Origin: Schizochytrium sp. TIO01
Lineage: Eukaryota > Protista > Bigyra: Labyrinthulomycetes
DNA length: 64,000 nt
Assembly: GCA_004764695.1 (NCBI GenBank)
Contig: SMSO01000032.1
Location: forward strand, 4,868,483-4,932,482
Direction: 5' to 3'
Part shown: piece by piece, positions 57,609 through 64,000 of the stretch
Layout: each line of letters opens with the position of its first letter
How positions within the stretch are numbered: position 1 is the stretch's first letter
The notes under the pieces: model-generated
Database searches by the model: none
What the model was told of the DNA's origin: nothing
The model's input: only the letters and a program-made list of their open reading frames with translations
Translations under genes and position numbers: made by a program

Positions 57609-60600
57609 TTTATACTTCTGCATACTCTCTTTGGGAGTTCTTTCGAAAGCAGCAACATTTCATTGCATCCATCCATCCATCCATCACCGCAGATGAACCA
57701 ACGACTGAGATCAGTTCGTGACGCATTGATTAATTTGGATCAATCAAAGTCACTCAATCACTCAATCACTCAATCACTCAATCACTCAATCACTCAATCA
57801 ATCGATCACTCAATCATTGAGTCAACAAATAAATGCAAACAATCGATGGAATCGTCAAAGCCTTCGTCCGAACCCTCGAGTGCTCGCGCTTGGTCCGGTG
57901 CCTCGTAGCGAATACCCTAATAGTGGCTAGCAATGAGGGCGAAGGGCGCAGCCGTGGCTTTCTTTGGCAGATTGGCCTCGAAGTGGTCCGCTCAGGCGGG
58001 GCGCCAGCAGCGCCGGACGCGTGGGCTCGCTCGCCAGGCAGGCCTCGAGGCCGACCCGTGGACCTTCGAGGCGCTGCGCAGGCGCCCCGGGCTCGGCCTC
58101 TGCGCGCCACGCTGCCATCTCTTTAGATCGGCGGCGGCGCTCGACCTCTTTGGGGTTCTTCTTCTGTGCTGTTTCTTTTTTGTTTCCTTCTCTCTTTTTT
58201 CATAGATTGGATTTTTAGTTTTTAGTTTTTGAAAGAGAAGAAAGAAAGAAGTTAAAGTTAATAAAGGCCGAAAATATTTATTATGTATACACTATTTTGA
58301 AGTATTTCATGAGAGTCTTGTCCTTCTACTGTCTACTAAGGGAGGTACACACCTCCCTTGGCCTGAGATGTAGTCATGGAGTGGTCTCAACTCATCTCAT
58401 CTCATCTTGTGGATTAGATCACGAATGGAATAATTCGTGAACTTACTTGAGATTGGTTGGATTGGAGGCTTTAACTTGAGCTGCTGTAGCTCTACTCGAG
58501 TTGGAGGCAACTCTGCGGCATTGCTGCTTTGCTTGTGATTGAATGAATAAATGATTTTTAATTGATTGATTCGATCAATTGATTCATTGAGCGAGTTTTT
58601 GGGGGCATCGTCATCGTCAATTTGCAATCTTCATTACCATCGTCGTCGTCAGCCATCATCATCATAATCATATGGTGCGACTCGTCGAATGAATCGATTT
58701 ATCGCTCACTCAATCATCCATTCATACATGTTCATGCAGACACAACGAACTAAAAGAAAGAAAAGAGAGAGAAAAAAGAAAAGAAGATGGGTTAGCAGGT
58801 AGAGTAGCGAAGCCTGGGCCTCGCCAGTTCAAAAACAGTCGCAGCCTCTATCATACTATAGTCATAACATTGTTATTGAATTAGCTTTTTTTTTTTTTGC
58901 TTTTTTTTTTTTTTCAAATATAAAAAGAATAATAGCATTCAATCTAATATTAAAATAAAAAGAGTGAAAACTATTAATTCTGCTTATTAGCGACTGACTG
59001 ACCGACTGACTGACTAATCAGGTTTCTTTCGATCACACCTCGTGCCTGTTCTTTTGTGAGTATCAAACTTCTCGTGAGTAGTCCTAGCTGCCACTTAGCT
59101 ACTTCTATACAGCTGGAGGGATTCTTTTGGAAACGATAACAATTTCTGTTATTGACATGACCTCAGGCTCCTTCTTCTCACACTTTGCTAATATCCAGCA
59201 TACAGTAGTAAGTGGGTAGCGCTGCTTAGAGAGGCAGTATCCTAGAAGGACGGGAAAAGAAGGCTCCGGAACCGAGTGGGAAAAGGTTATTATGTATTTA
59301 CTTACGAATTTGCTTATTATTTCTTTATTATTTGTTTATTCTTTCGAGGGCAGAAAGCTTCAGTTTTAGACTCCTTTTCTTTTAGGAAAAGAAAGATGGG
59401 GCTATCGTAGCGGGACCCACATTTCCTTTCTGGCTCTAGGGGCGTACGCTGCGGTTTTGATATCCGCGTTGACGTAAGTGTGCGGATTGAGTCGGCCAGA
59501 GCTCTCTGTCTCAAGCTCCGGCTCAGGATATAGATAGATATAGATCAACCATTTTAATCGACGGATGCATCCACGGATGCAAAGCCTGTTCTTCTCGCTG
59601 CTGTTCTTCTCGCTGCTGTTCTTTCCGGCCGACTAAAGTTTACATTTTATCTAAGTATTTATTTATTCAGTTATTTAGTTAGTTATTTTTAGATTACTAA
59701 TTATGTAAAATAAAACGAAACGAAACATAAATCTCAAATTCATCCGCCGTGGCTCAGGAAGCCTTCCTCATCTTTTGCGCTCGAAGCCGCCGCCTCTGGC
59801 GCTCGCTTATTGTGACGGAGGCGACGGAGATGGAGCCGCCTCTGAAGGGTGCGCACGGCTTGGCGTAGGCAGGAGAGGGCTTCTCTCATTCATTCATTCA
59901 TTCTTTCTTTCTGCCTTGTCCTCGTTCTTCTCAGCGCTTGTCTTCGTGTTGGATGGATTCCTTTTCTTTCAATCCATCCGTCAATGAATAAAACCAATAT
60001 ATAAATCAATATATAAATCAACTCGCGGCTCTTCCTTTCTACTTCTGCGACGAAGAAGAGATCAGAGGTCCATCGATGAGGATACGGCGCCGCTCAGGTC
60101 GCCTGCGGAAGCAATGTGCAGAAGGTTGCCAGGTTTGCAGAGATTTTCACCAAGTTTGTGCGTGTTTCTGGATTCAAAGCACTGCGCGACATTGCATGTG
60201 ACATCGCATATGACGATGTAGGTCGGCAGATTCTTCAGGATTCTTCTTTGCTCGATTGTTTGTTTGTTTGTTTGTTTGTTTGTTTGTCTGCGTTGATAAG
60301 TTCAAAGCCACGGAGGGTCGGTGAATGGGCAATCCGTGATCTAAATAAAACCAAGAAGGACGCGAGTGCGTGCTCCATTAGGCACAAGAGAGCCTGAGCT
60401 CGAGGCAGAATTTGAATCCTGAGCATTATAAGAGCGCTGAAAGGAAGGAAGAATGACTAACTTCCTTGCGTTTGAAGAAGAACAAGAAGAAGAAGAGGAG
60501 GAGGAGGGGATTCACCAAGTCTGTCACCACATTGCGCCTTAAGAGGAGGGCCTTGGAAAGAGGAGCTGGAGGGGGCGCGGAGCGAACAAGACTTGGGGCA

Positions 60601-62825
60601 CGAGGAATGGATGGGACTACCGCTGCGACTAAGGAGGTAAGGATCTGTAGTTGTTGGTTAAACGCAGCTCTAGAGGAAGGAAGGCCTCTCTCATTGCGAA
60701 CGATGGATCGCGAATGAGACGGATCCGATTCTTTCCTGCGATGGCTTAGCGCTTCCTAGGACTACTGATACCCACATAGTAATCTTGGAAAGGCATCTTT
60801 TTTCAGTTTAAATATTCTACATCTCTAAGTCAAAGAGAGAGAGGGGGAAGGAGGACAAAGGAAAAAGAAGAAGGATATACTTTTAGGATAAATTAATTGA
60901 AAAATAAAACTTATAAGATGTATTATGGAGGAAAGATGGCAGGCATGAGGAAACGAGGATGGATAATCGGAAAAGCCAAATAACTAATTCAGTGTCGAGC
61001 TTCAGGCTGTTTTCGATCCCTGTTGAGCTGACGAGGTTTGACAGGGCGTTGTCTAAAATTGGCCGCTGTTTCTCTGCTGTATATGTTTGCATCTGACGCA
61101 TTTGCAGATGTGCTGAGACCGATTCGCCAACTGATCGACGGCGCTTCTTCACCAAAAAAAGAAACTGTTTCTCGTCTCGCGATGGTTGTTTGAAAGAAAG
61201 AAAAAGAGATGAAAGATTGCGCAAAAACCAAAAAAAACTTTTAAAACTTTTGACCTCTCTGCTATAAGTGCAGAAGAAGTACTTTTTGGATGCTGCTATG
61301 TGTGCGGCGCAGAACGAAGTAAATCGATGAGTCGGTTGGGAGGGCTGATCACCCGACGGAGGTTATGCATTGATTGCGAAGAGAAGAAGACGCTTTAAAG
61401 TGGATCTGAATGCGGAGTGAACTTCAAAGTATGAGTGAATTCCGGGAGATCCATCAACATGAGACAGCGCACGTTTTTATGAACTCTAGCGCATTCCTTT
61501 TGTTTTCTTTTGAAACTAAAGAGTATCATATGTAAAAAGTTGTTGCAAACTTTTTTATTCTCTTGAGAATCATTATAACATTTATATTTTTTTTATGATT
61601 ATTTAAAAAAATAAATTGCTCCCAAAGTCTGCGCTTTTCAAATTGATTAAATAGAGAGTGGGATCGATAGTTTTTTTAAAGTCTTGTATTAGTCTGAAAG
61701 GCTTCAATTGGGGGGGGGGGGGAACAGTTGTCTATGGTACGTTTTGGTACTACTGCGGATACATTTGTCGCGTGTCCTCCCTTCTCTTAGATCCCGATGT
61801 TCAGTCTTTAATTTGCCCTTCTATTTTTCATCTTTGCAAATCAATACACGAACCTGCTTATTAGAGATTGAATCGCTCCATTCAATTTATCTTTTTTGCA
61901 TATAAATTCAACATATCTTTGTTTTTAAAGCGAGATATCAAAGCATTTATCAAAGAAAGAGTGTTTCGATGTTAAAAAGAGAGAGAGGCGGGATTTAAAG
62001 AAAAGAGGGGAAACAAAACAAAACAAAAAAAACGTCAGTTAGAGAGTCCGGAAGCAATTTGAGCGAGGGCAAATATTTTCGGAATGCTCATAAAAATGCT
62101 GTTGAAGCCCCCTCAAAAGAAGCTCCTGCGTACCTCTGAACGAAGCAGGAGGAGAATTTTCTGCCTGTTTGCTTTTTGTGCATGCGACACCCGAAAGGAA
62201 AACTAGCTCTTCTAGTTTGTGCAACACTGTGCGAATGACGAAACTTTTTGTTACCTTCAAAAAACGTTTTTTTCGAAGCACCAGAAGGAAATTTTTTGGA
62301 AAGCAGTTTAGGGAAGTTATGTTATTTATCCTCTTGATAATCGACGACCTCCTTTTAATTTAAATAAAATATATTTATTTATTTAAACTTAAAAAACAAA
62401 CAAACATAAAAACTCTCAACTCCTTGTCGTGACGTGAGGCGTTCTTTTCAGTAGGAGGTCCTACCGGCAGACTGTAAAAGCTTCCCTTACAAAGGCGCTC
62501 ATGTAAAAAGAAGTCACAGTTCCTCGTGACAAAAGTTATTTTGAATTTTAATTTACTTATGTTATTATATATATATATATATATATACATATAAATGAAA
62601 AACAGACTCTCTGCTTTCTTCCTCGTTGCTTTGCTTCTTCCTTTTAATACCGGCATCAGAATGAAAGAAAGCGGAAACAAGCATAGGACGTGGATAGGCC
62701 CAGCTAGAGGAAACGTGGCACCTGAGACTCGTTTTTCTCTCTGTCTGCCTATCTGCCAGTTTCTTTTTCTTTCTTTCTTCTGTAGTGGTTGCTCCTATCA
62801 TTAGAGTGGGAGAAAAGGTTCTTTA

Positions 62826-62995
62826 TTTGTTTGTTTGTTTGTTTGTTTGTTTGTTTGTTTGTTTGTTTGTTTGTTTGTTTGTTTGTTTCTTTGTTTGTTT
62901 GTTTGTTTGTTTGTTTGTTTCTTTGTTTGTTTGTTTCTTTGTTTCTTTGTTTGTCTTTTTGTCTTTGTGTCTCTTTGTCGCTTTGTTTGTTTTTA
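62826..62995. repeat. (TTTG)n microsatellite, degenerating at the 3' end
   Basis: Directly visible. Confidence 0.93.
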
Positions 62996-64000
62996 GTTAA
63001 TTTCTCCGCAAAACATGACAGATTTCATAGTATTCGCGCACATTTCAAAACTCTATCACCCATTTGCAAGGGATCAATCGCTCGCGCCCGCGACGGCGAG
63101 CAAGCAAACAGCTAACGCCGCGCCGCCGGCTTGGCTCCCAGGCCACCCGCCCTAGCAAGAGTACATACAACAACAAGGAAAGACTAGTCTGCCTACAGCA
63201 GGTCTCGACCCTGAGCCGTCTGTTTGTAGCTCGGTGCTGCCGCAATCTCACGCCCGCCAATCGTGGAGGACGAAGAAAGGAGAAGGACCCACCAAGAGAT
63301 ACAAATAGCCGCGCGAGCTCCAAGCGTGTGAACTAGCCGACCAGCCGCTCCACGCGAGTGGAAGAGTAATACCTCGCAACGAGAGCAACTCGCTCGTGTT
63401 CTGTCTGCACTATAGGCCGGTGCTCTCTCCCCGCCTTCTTCTTTCTGTCTCTGGACCTGTGACGTTCTTTCTTGTACGTACTTTCCTTCGTTCAAACGAA
63501 CCCTAGCACCGACCTTAGTCGAAGGGCTAGGACCCGGAAGAAATCATTCGGCACCATCAACTAAAAGCCGTGTTTGAGCCGCCTTGCTAATCAAGGATTC
63601 AGGCCTCACGGACTTCTGTAGAACTCTGAGTCGTGCAATCAATCGCTCAAGTTATCATCACCGCAGCAAAAGCAGCAGCAGAAGCATCATTGAGTGAAAT
63701 ATATTTCATTCGCACTTGCAAACACCATTCTATCTATATATCTATCTATCTATATATCTCCATACATAATTGCCGGAGAAGGAGGCAGCAGGAAAGATTC
63801 GCAGCATATTATCCAAGCAACACGTACGCACACGCGAAAAAGCGCGAACAAAAAGCTCCTCCCAGATTCTCTCTAGAAAACGTCGTCCTCTAAAGATACC
63901 AAGATGAACGCCGCTTTCGTGGACGCACATCTTTATACCAGGAGGTATCAGCGCAACAACAAGCGCAGTGGCCTCAAGAACCTCCGTTGCTTCCCCCTTT

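Noticed and set aside
58336-58361. Hairpin AAGGGAGGT-ACAC-ACCTCCCTT
   Set aside because: A single isolated 9-bp stem with no copies or context; plausible by chance in 64 kb.

Overview
Eukaryotic (protist-like) nuclear DNA. Intron-poor genes, abundant tetranucleotide microsatellites and a cilia-type tubulin glycylase suggest a flagellated protist, possibly a thraustochytrid; this is inference only. The first ~36 kb holds 11 recognisable protein genes: Fis1-like, USP10-like deubiquitinase, DBP7/DDX31 helicase, cytosolic SerRS, TTLL3-like glycylase, TOP1, an SfsA-family nuclease, a TPR + DNAJC8-like J protein, IDI1 (one 500-nt intron), an AttH/cyclase-like uncharacterised protein and mitochondrial uL13. 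DBP7 and SerRS each need a +1 frame change, most likely assembly insertions. The last ~28 kb has no recognisable CDS. Its most structured element is a ~1.55-kb array (38.16-39.71 kb) of about 9 diverged 150-250 bp units. Seven units keep a perfect 18-bp palindrome, AAAGTCG-GCYG-CGACTTT, which on the minus strand reads as a hairpin followed by a T-run. It is a candidate small-RNA array or binding-site array. No tRNA, rRNA, transposase or true CRISPR array was recognised by eye.
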